DNA from: a virus | Lineage: Duplodnaviria > Caudoviricetes | DNA: 64,000 bases | IMG/VR virus record: IMGVR_UViG_3300032240_001498 | Span: 96,001-160,000 of that record | Reading direction: 5' to 3' (one strand) | Shown here: piece by piece, positions 38,975 through 47,847 of the stretch | How positions within the stretch are numbered: position 1 is the stretch's first letter | Layout: every line of letters begins with the position of its first letter | The notes under the pieces: generated by a model | The model's input: only the letters and a program-made list of their open reading frames with translations | What the model was told of the DNA's origin: nothing | Databases searched by the model: none | Position numbers and translations under genes: made by a program

Positions 38975-40840
38975 ATGTCATACACATTAAAACTAACAAA
39001 TGGCACCATACTTTTAAATCTGTCTGATCAAAAAACAGATCAACTCACTACCAGTCTAACTTTGATTGGTAAAAATGTACCTGCATACGGAACTTATTTT
39101 AATGAAAATTTAATATACCTGTTAGAAAATTTTGCAAGTCCTACACAACCAAGAAGTCCGTTGTATGGACAGTTATGGTATAATTCTGCTCAAGGTAGAA
39201 TGTACTACTACAATAATAATAATCAATTCCGTCCAGTTGGTAGTCCAATTGTAAGCCCTACTCAGCCTACAGGCTCTGTTCCTGGAGATTTATGGCTAGA
39301 TTCTACTAACAAACAACTAACAGTGTTTGACGGCACAGATTTTATCCCTGCAGGCAAGTCATATGCAACTCCGCAAGGGAAAGCAGGTTGGGTTATAGAA
39401 CAGATTATAGACAATACAAACTTACCTAAAACAGTTTCTACATTATATAACAATGGTAGAGTATTGGCAGTATTAAGTGAAGTAGCATTCACTCCGGCAA
39501 CTCCGTACAACGGAATTCCTACAATCGGAGTTGGCCTAACACTAAACAACAGTTTATCAGGCATGCGAATAATAGGTACTGCGACCAATGCGTTGAGTGT
39601 TGCAGGTATTGAGGCAAATAAATTTATAAAAAATTATGGATATCAATATACAACAGGGACTTGGGCGATTTTAAACAATGGCGGTTTGTCAATTGGTCCT
39701 AACGGAACTGAGCTAACACTATCGCTTGGTAATATACTAGGTGGAACAAATCAAGATGCATTAATTTTAAGTGGCAGAATTGGTAATGGCGGAAGTACCC
39801 CTAGCGCCAAGTTGGTTTTTGCCGCTAATGATTTTAATAACGGTACTGTAGTTGGAATGACTATTGATCCGTTTACTAAAAGTGTAAATTTCTTACCCGG
39901 TGTTGCCAGCGGAGCTGTTAACGTATCGGGCGATTTAAATGTAACTGGTAATTTAAATGTTGTTGGTACAGGCACTAACGTACAGGTTAGAAATTTAGAA
40001 GTAGATAACATCAAGATTGAATTAGCATATCCAGTAAACAGTTTACCAGATGCGGCTATTGACGGTGGCGGTATTGTACTACATGGTACTACTGAACATA
40101 CTCTCACATATAAAAACTCTTTGGTAGGTTGGGCATCAAGTGATAATTTCACAGTTGCCTATAATAAAGGCTATTACATCACTAACCAAGCTGGTAATGA
40201 TATCAAGGTAATAGATGCTGGCAATGTATTTGTAGCCAATGCACCAAATTTAACATCTATTGGCGCTTTGGGAAATCTAACAGTTGGCAATCTATTCATT
40301 AGCACCAGCACTATTTCTACAGTAGACGGCACCAGTGATTTAGTTCTAAACAAAACTGGTGTAGGAAATGTAAGTTTAGGTGGTAAGAAACTTTATCAGT
40401 CAGGCACTATCGGTCCAAGTGATAGCACAACTACAGTTGTTACAAAGTACTATGTAGATAATTTACAAGTGCTTAAGAGCTCAGTATCATTTGTATTTTC
40501 TCTAGATGTAACTCAAGTAACTGACGTTAATCTGTTTGCAATTAATTTTCTAAATAAAATTTTACCGATTGGGACTCCTGGTTCTTTCTATTATATTCCA
40601 GAACAGGCTAGATGTAGAATTAACTGTATGAACTATGCTGTGCCTAGTTGGGCACAAGACGGTGTAAGCAACTATGCCGTAACCGCAGTTGATCAAAACG
40701 GCGTTAAAAATGCAGTAAATGTACTAACCGGTGTTACTGTTAGAACAACAAGTCCTGTGGTGTATCCTGTATGCTCGCAAGAAATTAGAGAATATATTGT
40801 TGCCGGCCAGCAGTGGGTCTTTAGCTCTATTATTAGTTAA
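38975..40840 (+). CDS. Tail fibre paralogue 2
   Basis: Shared N-module LTLIGKN..YG..FNENLIYLLENFA...GQLWY; different C-terminus. Confidence 0.75.
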   Translation: MSYTLKLTNGTILLNLSDQKTDQLTTSLTLIGKNVPAYGTYFNENLIYLLENFASPTQPRSPLYGQLWYNSAQGRMYYYNNNNQFRPVGSPIVSPTQPTGSVPGDLWLDSTNKQLTVFDGTDFIPAGKSYATPQGKAGWVIEQIIDNTNLPKTVSTLYNNGRVLAVLSEVAFTPATPYNGIPTIGVGLTLNNSLSGMRIIGTATNALSVAGIEANKFIKNYGYQYTTGTWAILNNGGLSIGPNGTELTLSLGNILGGTNQDALILSGRIGNGGSTPSAKLVFAANDFNNGTVVGMTIDPFTKSVNFLPGVASGAVNVSGDLNVTGNLNVVGTGTNVQVRNLEVDNIKIELAYPVNSLPDAAIDGGGIVLHGTTEHTLTYKNSLVGWASSDNFTVAYNKGYYITNQAGNDIKVIDAGNVFVANAPNLTSIGALGNLTVGNLFISTSTISTVDGTSDLVLNKTGVGNVSLGGKKLYQSGTIGPSDSTTTVVTKYYVDNLQVLKSSVSFVFSLDVTQVTDVNLFAINFLNKILPIGTPGSFYYIPEQARCRINCMNYAVPSWAQDGVSNYAVTAVDQNGVKNAVNVLTGVTVRTTSPVVYPVCSQEIREYIVAGQQWVFSSIIS

Positions 40841-40853
40841 TTAGGAAAAACAA

Positions 40854-42962
40854 ATGGCATACGAAATAAGAAAATCAAACAATACATTAGTTACAAATCT
40901 TCCTGATTACGAAATAGATAATACTACCCTATCGATTAACCTGATAGGAAGAAATGCGTCTAACTTCGGCGATGCGCAAAATGAAAATTTTGTCCGCATG
41001 CTAGAGAATTTTGCAAATCATGTACCACCAGTAAATGCCTTAGCAGGACAGATTTGGTTTGATACAGCAGTAAATGTACTTCGTCCTATTGTTTATGATG
41101 GCGCCGCATGGCGCCCTATTGCTACAATCTTAGTTGCCCCGACCAGCGCAGTCACCGACGAGCAAGGCAATTTAATCACAGCCCAAGAACCGGGTGATCT
41201 GTGGTTTAAATCGGATGATTCTCAACTTTATATTAATACTGGAACAGGCTTTAGTCTAATTGGCCCACAGGCTGTTCCTGGCTTTGGCACAACTAGATTT
41301 GTTTCAACAGCGATGACGTCTATTTCGCAGATAAAGCATCCTACTATTCAAATGCAGGTAGACGGAGAAGTTATTGGGGTTATCAGTAGTGATTCATTCC
41401 AACCTAATGCCGCAGGCTTAGCACTAGGGTTTCCTCAGATATACCGTGGCCTGACATTAAAAAATTACAGTCCCGGAACAAGACAATCGTCAACAACTAC
41501 TGATGTATTGTTCCACGGAATAGTTGAACAGTTAGACAATTCATATACTCGTAGAGAGCAAGACGAGTTGATTACCGGCAATTGGTCTATAGCAGACATG
41601 AAAATGTTCCAGTTTGGATCAGCCGGTAATGCCAAGATAAGTTTCCTTTCAGTGGGAGGCGGCTTTCCTGATAACCTAACTATTGATCATCCTACTGGTA
41701 TTATCACAATTAAGGCAAACGGAAGTTCGTTATTATATTCAGGTGATACGTTATCTCCTAACGCAAACGATGTACAGGATCTTGGTAGCTCTGGAAAAAG
41801 ATTTGATAGTGTTTATGCCAAAACATTAAATTCTGGAGCGCCGACAACATCTGCTAATATTAATGGACAATGGGCTCTTACTACAAACAGTAAAATTCTT
41901 CCACATGGAGATTCTGGAAACGATTTAGGTACTGCCGCATTACGTTTTAGCAACGTATATACCTTTGGTATAAATTCAGGAGCAGACTTAGGAGCATTTA
42001 AAGGAAATTGGCAATTAGACACAGGATCTCAATTCAGTCCTAAGACTGACTTAGGTAACGATTTAGGACAGTCTATTAAACGATTTGGAACTGTATATGC
42101 AAGTGGATTAAGCGCGGCAACTGACGCTGACCGGTTAGTCATTACTGGCGATATCAATACCAACGGTAGCATCAAGCCTGTTGCTGACCAACAGTATAAT
42201 ATAGGTGATCCTACTGCCAAGTGGAACACTATGTATGCTTATGATACACGGTCTGATTCTGCCACAATCGGTGCCTTAAATGCAACAATTTTACAATTAC
42301 AAGACAGTTTTCAGAACAGTATTACACGTTTTGACCGTGATGCACAATTAACAGCAGACTCAGACACCCGTGTTCCTACACAAAAAGCCGTTAAGGCCTA
42401 TGTTGATTCCGCAGGAGTCAATTCCGGAACACAGATCGGGCAAATTGCGCAACAATTACAAGATGCTATAAATGCCCTACAATTACAGGTTAACAATTTA
42501 CAAACAGTTCCAACAGGAACAGTATTTTGGTCTGCTAAATCAGTAGCCCCAGCTGGTTACTTAATTTGTGATGGCGCCGCATATCTAGCAACAGCCTATC
42601 CAAAATTATTCCAGGCAATTGGATATACCTATGGCGGTAGTGGCGGCACATTCCTTGTTCCGGATCTCAGAGGTCAATTTATCCGAGGTTCAGACTTAGG
42701 CCGTGGCGTTGATGCAGGGCGTGTATTTGGTTCAACGCAGGAAAGTAGTTTTGCTTCTCATAGTCACGGAATGCCAGGTGACGATCAATTAGCATTTGCT
42801 AATGGAGTTGCCGGGTGGACTGCTAGAAGTCGCGGTGGATTTGGCTACGATGCTAGATCGGTATCGGGTGGTGGCGCTGCCGTTTGGTCAACCACTGACG
42901 AGGGCGGTGCAGACACTCGCCCAACTAACGTAGCTATGCTACCAATCATTTACTATAGATAA
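40854..42962 (+). CDS. Tail fibre paralogue 3, with DLG...RF..VY repeats and tail-collar domain
   Basis: Shared N-module; internal P..D...DLG...RF..VY repeats; VPTGTVFWSA...APAGYLICDG...VPDLRGQFIRG...TRPTNVAMLPII. Confidence 0.8.
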   Translation: MAYEIRKSNNTLVTNLPDYEIDNTTLSINLIGRNASNFGDAQNENFVRMLENFANHVPPVNALAGQIWFDTAVNVLRPIVYDGAAWRPIATILVAPTSAVTDEQGNLITAQEPGDLWFKSDDSQLYINTGTGFSLIGPQAVPGFGTTRFVSTAMTSISQIKHPTIQMQVDGEVIGVISSDSFQPNAAGLALGFPQIYRGLTLKNYSPGTRQSSTTTDVLFHGIVEQLDNSYTRREQDELITGNWSIADMKMFQFGSAGNAKISFLSVGGGFPDNLTIDHPTGIITIKANGSSLLYSGDTLSPNANDVQDLGSSGKRFDSVYAKTLNSGAPTTSANINGQWALTTNSKILPHGDSGNDLGTAALRFSNVYTFGINSGADLGAFKGNWQLDTGSQFSPKTDLGNDLGQSIKRFGTVYASGLSAATDADRLVITGDINTNGSIKPVADQQYNIGDPTAKWNTMYAYDTRSDSATIGALNATILQLQDSFQNSITRFDRDAQLTADSDTRVPTQKAVKAYVDSAGVNSGTQIGQIAQQLQDAINALQLQVNNLQTVPTGTVFWSAKSVAPAGYLICDGAAYLATAYPKLFQAIGYTYGGSGGTFLVPDLRGQFIRGSDLGRGVDAGRVFGSTQESSFASHSHGMPGDDQLAFANGVAGWTARSRGGFGYDARSVSGGGAAVWSTTDEGGADTRPTNVAMLPIIYYR

Positions 42963-42966
42963 AATT

Positions 42967-44922
42967 ATGTCATACGTACTCAAAAAAACTAACGGAACAA
43001 CATTGGTTACCATTCAAGATGGTAGCATAGATTCAGCCACCGACCTTGTATTTGTAGGCAAGAACTATGCAGGGTACGGTCAAACAATAAACGAAAATTT
43101 TTTAAAGTTATTAGAAAATTTTGCAAATACAAAACAGCCAGCTGATCCTTTAAACGGACAAGTGTGGTACGACTCAGCAAATTTAAAATTAAGATTTTAT
43201 GATTCTGTCAATGCTCGATTTAAGAGCCTTACTGTAACCGATGTTGCAAGTAATAAACCCAGCGATTTAAAAGCAGGAGATCAGTGGTTTGATACAGTAG
43301 ATCAAAAATTATACGTTTACAATGGTATGGATTTTGTGATGATCGGTCCAGAGAAATCTATTACGGCCTTACAAAGTGCTATTGGTCCTAGTATAGTTGC
43401 TGATAATCTCAATAACAACTATACGGTATTAGGTGCAAGTGTTGGTACAGGCGGAGGTTCAACCGTTGCTGTATTTTCACCAAATGCATTTACACCAAAT
43501 ACAAATAGTTTATTAGCAAGTGATCAAAAGTTTGCTAACGTTGCTCGAGGTATTACATTACCTGGTACAAGAGTTGCAAATGGTTCAAAAGATCCAACAG
43601 TTATTGGTGCATTGCCAGATAGAGCAAACAAATGGATATTCTTTGGTGCCGCTGGATCAAGTTGGGGATTATTAGAAAATGATGCTCTAGGTAACATTAT
43701 ATTTTATGATTCAAAGAATTATATTCGCAGAGATGAATTTGCCAGTTTTAGCGGAAGTTTAACAGTTAACAGTGACTTTGGTATCCTTGCAGGAACCAAC
43801 AGAGTCATTCAGATGCACGTAACAAACAACACAATTGGTAATTTATCTAACATTAATTACACCACATTGAAGTTTAACGTTAATCCTGGGACAGGCCTTA
43901 CAAACGTAATTACTCTTGACGGAACAAGCGGATTAAAAGTTTTACCAAGCTCTGTATCAAATGTTGATTTAGGAACATCTGGGGATGGCGGAAGTTTTGT
44001 TAATGGATATATCAAGAATTTATATGCGTCTTCATTAACTACTTCTACGAGTGGTGTAATACGAGGTAATTGGGTATTAGCCGCCGGATCTCAAATTTCA
44101 GGTGGAACAATTACAGGTAGCTCAAGCGCATTAGCAACCAGCTCTACTTATTTAGAAAGCTATGTAAGGGATGCACAAACATTTGTACATACTGATATTA
44201 CAGATGTTCCATTTAGCATTACACAGCGGAATAGTGCAGGCGCGATACAGGTTACAGGCATATCTGTTGCATCAACAGGCACTTCCAAAATTACCGGTGC
44301 TTGGATACTAGATACTGCATCTACTCTACAAGCAACTACAATTTTAGGTGCAGGTACTACTGGTTATGTAACTCCGAGTCAAGGTGTTGCAAATAATTCT
44401 ATTGCTCAAAGAGATGGTACTGGCGGATTATCAGCCACTGCTATTACTACTCCGTGGATATATGCAGGCTCTGGCAATAGCGCAAATGGAAAAATTAGTG
44501 GAACATGGACGCTTGATGGAACCAGTACATTAGAAGCTACCTATTCAGACCTTGCAGAAAAATATCATGCAGACGGACCCTATGAAGAAGGTACTGTATT
44601 AGTGGTTGGGGGAAGTTACGAAGTTACAACTACTACTAAGAGAGCTGATCCTAGCATCGCTGGAATAGTTTCAACCAAGCCGGCATTTAAAATGAATCAA
44701 GCGGCTGGTCCAGAAAGCACACATCCATACATTGCACTCAAAGGCCGTGTTCCATGCAAAGTAAACGGAACAATACGCAAAGGTGATAGATTAGTTTCTA
44801 GTTCATTAAGCGGACATGCAGAAGCATGGAAGCCTGGGGATGATCCAAACGCTGTACTAGGTATAGCCCTAGAAGATCATATAGTAATAGATGGTACAGG
44901 AATAATAGAAGTTAAGGTCTAA
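42967..44922 (+). CDS. Tail fibre paralogue 4, with C-terminal intramolecular-chaperone (peptidase G2/S74-like) domain
   Basis: Shared N-module; C-terminal YSDLAEKY...GTVLVVGG...GIVSTKPAFKMN...IALKGRVPCKV. Confidence 0.75.
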   Translation: MSYVLKKTNGTTLVTIQDGSIDSATDLVFVGKNYAGYGQTINENFLKLLENFANTKQPADPLNGQVWYDSANLKLRFYDSVNARFKSLTVTDVASNKPSDLKAGDQWFDTVDQKLYVYNGMDFVMIGPEKSITALQSAIGPSIVADNLNNNYTVLGASVGTGGGSTVAVFSPNAFTPNTNSLLASDQKFANVARGITLPGTRVANGSKDPTVIGALPDRANKWIFFGAAGSSWGLLENDALGNIIFYDSKNYIRRDEFASFSGSLTVNSDFGILAGTNRVIQMHVTNNTIGNLSNINYTTLKFNVNPGTGLTNVITLDGTSGLKVLPSSVSNVDLGTSGDGGSFVNGYIKNLYASSLTTSTSGVIRGNWVLAAGSQISGGTITGSSSALATSSTYLESYVRDAQTFVHTDITDVPFSITQRNSAGAIQVTGISVASTGTSKITGAWILDTASTLQATTILGAGTTGYVTPSQGVANNSIAQRDGTGGLSATAITTPWIYAGSGNSANGKISGTWTLDGTSTLEATYSDLAEKYHADGPYEEGTVLVVGGSYEVTTTTKRADPSIAGIVSTKPAFKMNQAAGPESTHPYIALKGRVPCKVNGTIRKGDRLVSSSLSGHAEAWKPGDDPNAVLGIALEDHIVIDGTGIIEVKV

Positions 44923-44924
44923 AA

Positions 44925-44948
44925 AAAAGCTACCCTAGGGTAGCTTTT
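44925..44948. terminator. Bidirectional intrinsic terminator (perfect 24-bp palindrome)
   Basis: AAAAGCTACCCTAGGGTAGCTTTT between convergent stops at 44922 and 44950. Confidence 0.85.
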
Positions 44949-44949
44949 C

Positions 44950-45513
44950 TTATGCTTCAACAGTTTCTGCCTTGGCTTTTTTCTTTGGCGGATCTAACTC
45001 ATCTGCTGTCTTACGTAGTTTGGCCGCTTCTTTATATAAAGCATCGGCACGTGAACGCATTTCTGCAGGGGTCATCTCAGTTGTTGAAATTTCCTTTTCA
45101 GCTTTTGGTTCTGTGTTAGTTGCTGGCTTACCATCTTCGGTAGTTGCTAAGTCGTTAACTGACACACCTTTTTGCTGTGCAATGAGCTTATTCAACTCAT
45201 CCAAAGGGATCTCATCGTTTCTTGTTGGTGTAACGATTACACCGTCTGTGGGAACCTTTTTAAGATGTCCGTTGGTATGCAAATGTGCTAACATATTGTT
45301 ACCGTCCGGAAACTTTTTAACAGCCAAGATTTCCGAAACTTCATTTGCCTGCTGGGCTAAGTCACTCTCGACAACACTCATTAGAGCGTCATGGTATGCA
45401 TCTCCAAGCGCATTAGTGCCAATGACTAGGGCACTATTTGCATCTCCGGGGATGGTGCGATATGCAATCACAACCCTTGCCCCGTTATTTTTCATTTTAC
45501 CAACGTGTTTCAT
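44950..45513 (-). CDS. Conserved hypothetical phage protein
   Basis: 187 aa, AGGAG SD, charged helical C-terminus. Confidence 0.7.
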   Translation of the reverse strand: MKHVGKMKNNGARVVIAYRTIPGDANSALVIGTNALGDAYHDALMSVVESDLAQQANEVSEILAVKKFPDGNNMLAHLHTNGHLKKVPTDGVIVTPTRNDEIPLDELNKLIAQQKGVSVNDLATTEDGKPATNTEPKAEKEISTTEMTPAEMRSRADALYKEAAKLRKTADELDPPKKKAKAETVEA

Positions 45514-45525
45514 CGAAGGCTCCTA

Positions 45526-45807
45526 TTATTGAGCGGCCGGTGCTGGTTGCTGTACGCCGTCGGCTACTCCTGGTGATGGAGGAAGCGATTGTGGGTAAAC
45601 TGCTTCCAAGAATTTGTTTAGCTTGTTAAACACAGCGCCAACAGCTTCCATTTCAGCGGCACGGAATGCGCCACGTTGAGCGGCTACGTCAATAACTGAA
45701 CGTAGGTTTGTTAGGTCTGCAATTGATAGTTCTGGGGTTGCCGCAGGGGCTTCTTGTCCACCTACTGGTGCACCTTGTTGAACTTGACCTTGATCTAAAT
45801 CTGCCAT
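45526..45807 (-). CDS. Hypothetical protein
   Basis: 93 aa, AGGAG SD; core LSIADLTNLRSVIDVAAQRGAFRAAEM. Confidence 0.7.
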   Translation of the reverse strand: MADLDQGQVQQGAPVGGQEAPAATPELSIADLTNLRSVIDVAAQRGAFRAAEMEAVGAVFNKLNKFLEAVYPQSLPPSPGVADGVQQPAPAAQ

Positions 45808-45819
45808 TTGTATCTCCTA

Positions 45820-46095
45820 TTATAATTGGTTTAAGTATGGGCATGCCAGACTAAACATAGTTAGTTCAGACGCATCTTCGAAGCCTATTTCTTGAGTTTC
45901 GATCATGCGGTTATCTTCACTAATTTTGAGTGTCCGTTTTATAGCATATCTACTGTTTAAGTTACTGTAAACCCAACTACTTATTTTGTCAGAATCAGCT
46001 TTTATACTCATTCTGACAAAGTGCTTAGGGAAGTGATTTAGTCTTCTTTGTCCTAATACATTCAGCGGATTAACTGTACCTTTTGCAAGTGACAT
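45820..46095 (-). CDS. Hypothetical protein
   Basis: 91 aa in operon; IGFEDASELTMFSLACP. Confidence 0.65.
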   Translation of the reverse strand: MSLAKGTVNPLNVLGQRRLNHFPKHFVRMSIKADSDKISSWVYSNLNSRYAIKRTLKISEDNRMIETQEIGFEDASELTMFSLACPYLNQL

Positions 46096-46107
46096 AATAT
46101 ACCACTT

Positions 46108-47367
46108 TTATTTATAGTAGGCATGAGAGCCAAAGGGTGGAATTATGGTTTCGTTTCCGTGGATAATAAACAGGCTATCACAATAGTGTTCATCACCCCA
46201 GCTACCGCAAGGATAACCGTCTGTAAACATAATGAACTTTTTAGGCTCAATTCCTTCTTCTTTCATAAAGTTAAAGTTAACGTCAAAGTCTGTACCGCCG
46301 CCACCTTTTACTTCATAGTCCATAATTTCGTCTGCGGTATCGCCAGTGAATTTAGCATAGTTGTAGACTTCGGTATCAAAGCACCAAATGTCAAGTTTGA
46401 AGTCTTTGTATTCTTCCATAATACCTTTAACTTCACTCATAAAGTCTTTGGCTTGAACATCTGAAATAGATCCGCTCATGTCAATGGCAATACTTACGTC
46501 AATAGTTTCTTCGTTCATAAGTCCGGGCAAAACTGCACCGCTATGTTGACTTTTACGATTAGGACGACTGAAGCTGAAATTGCTTTTAACAATACTTTGG
46601 ATCTGCATACGCAACAGTTGTCGCCAGTCCATCTTTGGCTCAGTAAAGTCTTTGATCAAACGTGCAACACCTGCTGGAACACGACCGGCTCCTGCTGACT
46701 GTGCCGCGGCAACCATTGCTTCTTTGATCTCGTCACGGATCTGTTTCTTTTCTTCGGCAGTAAGTTTAGGACGGCCCTTGCCTTTACCTTCTTTGTCTCC
46801 ATCTTCATCGCCACCACCTTCGCCTTCACCTTCTTCGTCAAGGTGCTCGTCGAGCAGTTCTCCTAATTTAGAGATGTCAATCTTTTCTGCCTTTTCATAA
46901 ATGTCATCGTAAATTTCTTCATATGACATACCGCGGTATTTGCTGTCTTGGAAAATCTTAATCCAATCAGGCACTTCGCCGATGCGTTCATCTTTAAGAA
47001 TTTGATTGACTGCAAAGTCTGCCGCAATGTTTGACAGTTGAGGATCGCGACCGTTACGGCGACCCATATGGTCAAACACATTATGTAGAACTTCGTGAGC
47101 AAACCCAAACTCTGCTTGTTTAGGAGTAAGTTTATCTACAAAGCCGACATTGTAGTAAAATCTGCGGCCGTCAGTTGCAAGGGTAGAGCACCAGTCACTT
47201 GCATCAATTAGTTGCAGACGAGTTGCCATGTTACCAAAAAATGGATGGCGAAGTAGCAAGCCTACACGGGCTGTAATCAATTTGTCAATTACTTTATTTT
47301 TTTCGGATTCTGTATAGACGCGAGTTTTGTCAACTTTGGTCTTTTCTTGTTTCATTACTTGGGACAT
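46108..47367 (-). CDS. Metallopeptidase-like (HExxH) plus vWA domain protein (DUF2201-like)
   Basis: AHEVLH zincin motif, acidic Gly linker, MIDAS DMSGS, GGGTDF, FTDG. Confidence 0.85.
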   Translation of the reverse strand: MSQVMKQEKTKVDKTRVYTESEKNKVIDKLITARVGLLLRHPFFGNMATRLQLIDASDWCSTLATDGRRFYYNVGFVDKLTPKQAEFGFAHEVLHNVFDHMGRRNGRDPQLSNIAADFAVNQILKDERIGEVPDWIKIFQDSKYRGMSYEEIYDDIYEKAEKIDISKLGELLDEHLDEEGEGEGGGDEDGDKEGKGKGRPKLTAEEKKQIRDEIKEAMVAAAQSAGAGRVPAGVARLIKDFTEPKMDWRQLLRMQIQSIVKSNFSFSRPNRKSQHSGAVLPGLMNEETIDVSIAIDMSGSISDVQAKDFMSEVKGIMEEYKDFKLDIWCFDTEVYNYAKFTGDTADEIMDYEVKGGGGTDFDVNFNFMKEEGIEPKKFIMFTDGYPCGSWGDEHYCDSLFIIHGNETIIPPFGSHAYYK

Positions 47368-47397
47368 GTTAACTCCGTTTCTTTAGTGTATGTATAT

Positions 47398-47426
47398 ATT
47401 ATATACTTTCTTTTTGGTTTTGTCAA
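47398..47426 (-). promoter_or_regulatory. Consensus sigma70 promoter for the vWA gene
   Basis: TTGACA (47421-47426), 17 nt spacer, TATAAT (47398-47403); GGAG SD. Confidence 0.85.
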
Positions 47427-47623
47427 CCTCTAATAAGGCCAAAAATACTGTTTTGGAGATCTGCGACTTCGTCGTTAGGCACATAAAAGTCCGTTCTAGG
47501 ATCCCAATATTCTCCTGCCTTTGTGTCATAATAAAGGACACGGCCGTTTGGATAATGGAAAGGACCTTCTAGGCCTTTTCGAGCGGTGTATTCTTTATTA
47601 TGCTGAAAGACGGTGTAAGACAT
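47423..47623 (-). CDS. Hypothetical protein (66 aa)
   Basis: GLEGPFHYPNGRVLYYDTKAGEYWDPRTDFY; start overlaps the upstream stop (TGATG). Confidence 0.65.
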   Translation of the reverse strand: MSYTVFQHNKEYTARKGLEGPFHYPNGRVLYYDTKAGEYWDPRTDFYVPNDEVADLQNSIFGLIRG

Positions 47624-47799
47624 CAGTAGTTTTCCTTAATAATGTAGTAGTGTGTTGTTGGGTACTTTTCCAAAAGCTCTTGTTCTTTAATCCATTTGTT
47701 CATATCTGGCGCAGTAAAAAACAATTTACTGGTAAGTCCCTGAACTGATTTATTAGTTCCTTTTTCTACTACTGTTAGATACCAAGATTTTACGGCCAT
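47623..47799 (-). CDS. Hypothetical protein (58 aa, below ORF-track cutoff)
   Basis: MAVKSWYLTVVEKGTNKSVQGLTSKLFFTAPDMNKWIKEQELLEKYPTTHYYIIKENY*; AAGGA SD; TGATG coupling to the next ORF. Confidence 0.65.
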   Translation of the reverse strand: MAVKSWYLTVVEKGTNKSVQGLTSKLFFTAPDMNKWIKEQELLEKYPTTHYYIIKENY

Positions 47800-47812
47800 T
47801 TTATTTTTCCTT

Positions 47813-47818
47813 TATTTA
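47813..47818 (-). promoter_or_regulatory. TAAATA box right after the MoxR terminator
   Basis: TATTTA on +, 13 nt upstream of ATG 47799. Confidence 0.5.
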
Positions 47819-47823
47819 AAATG

Positions 47824-47843
47824 AAAAAGGCCCCGAAGGGCCT
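47824..47843 (-). terminator. Intrinsic terminator with UUCG loop
   Basis: AGGCCC-TTCG-GGGCCT-TTTT on -, just after the ATPase stop at 47848. Confidence 0.9.
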
Positions 47844-47847
47844 AATT

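Noticed and set aside
37096-44922. Diversity-generating retroelement or invertible fibre cassette
   Set aside because: No reverse transcriptase or invertase in the window; all four genes share one orientation, and I saw no near-identical template/variable repeat pair by eye.
44972-45532. 186-aa + strand ORF, and similar shadow ORFs such as 33729..34289, 39751..40152, 46580..46900 and 899..1105
   Set aside because: Antisense or alternate-frame shadows of better-supported genes, with Ser/Pro/Leu-biased, motif-free translations.
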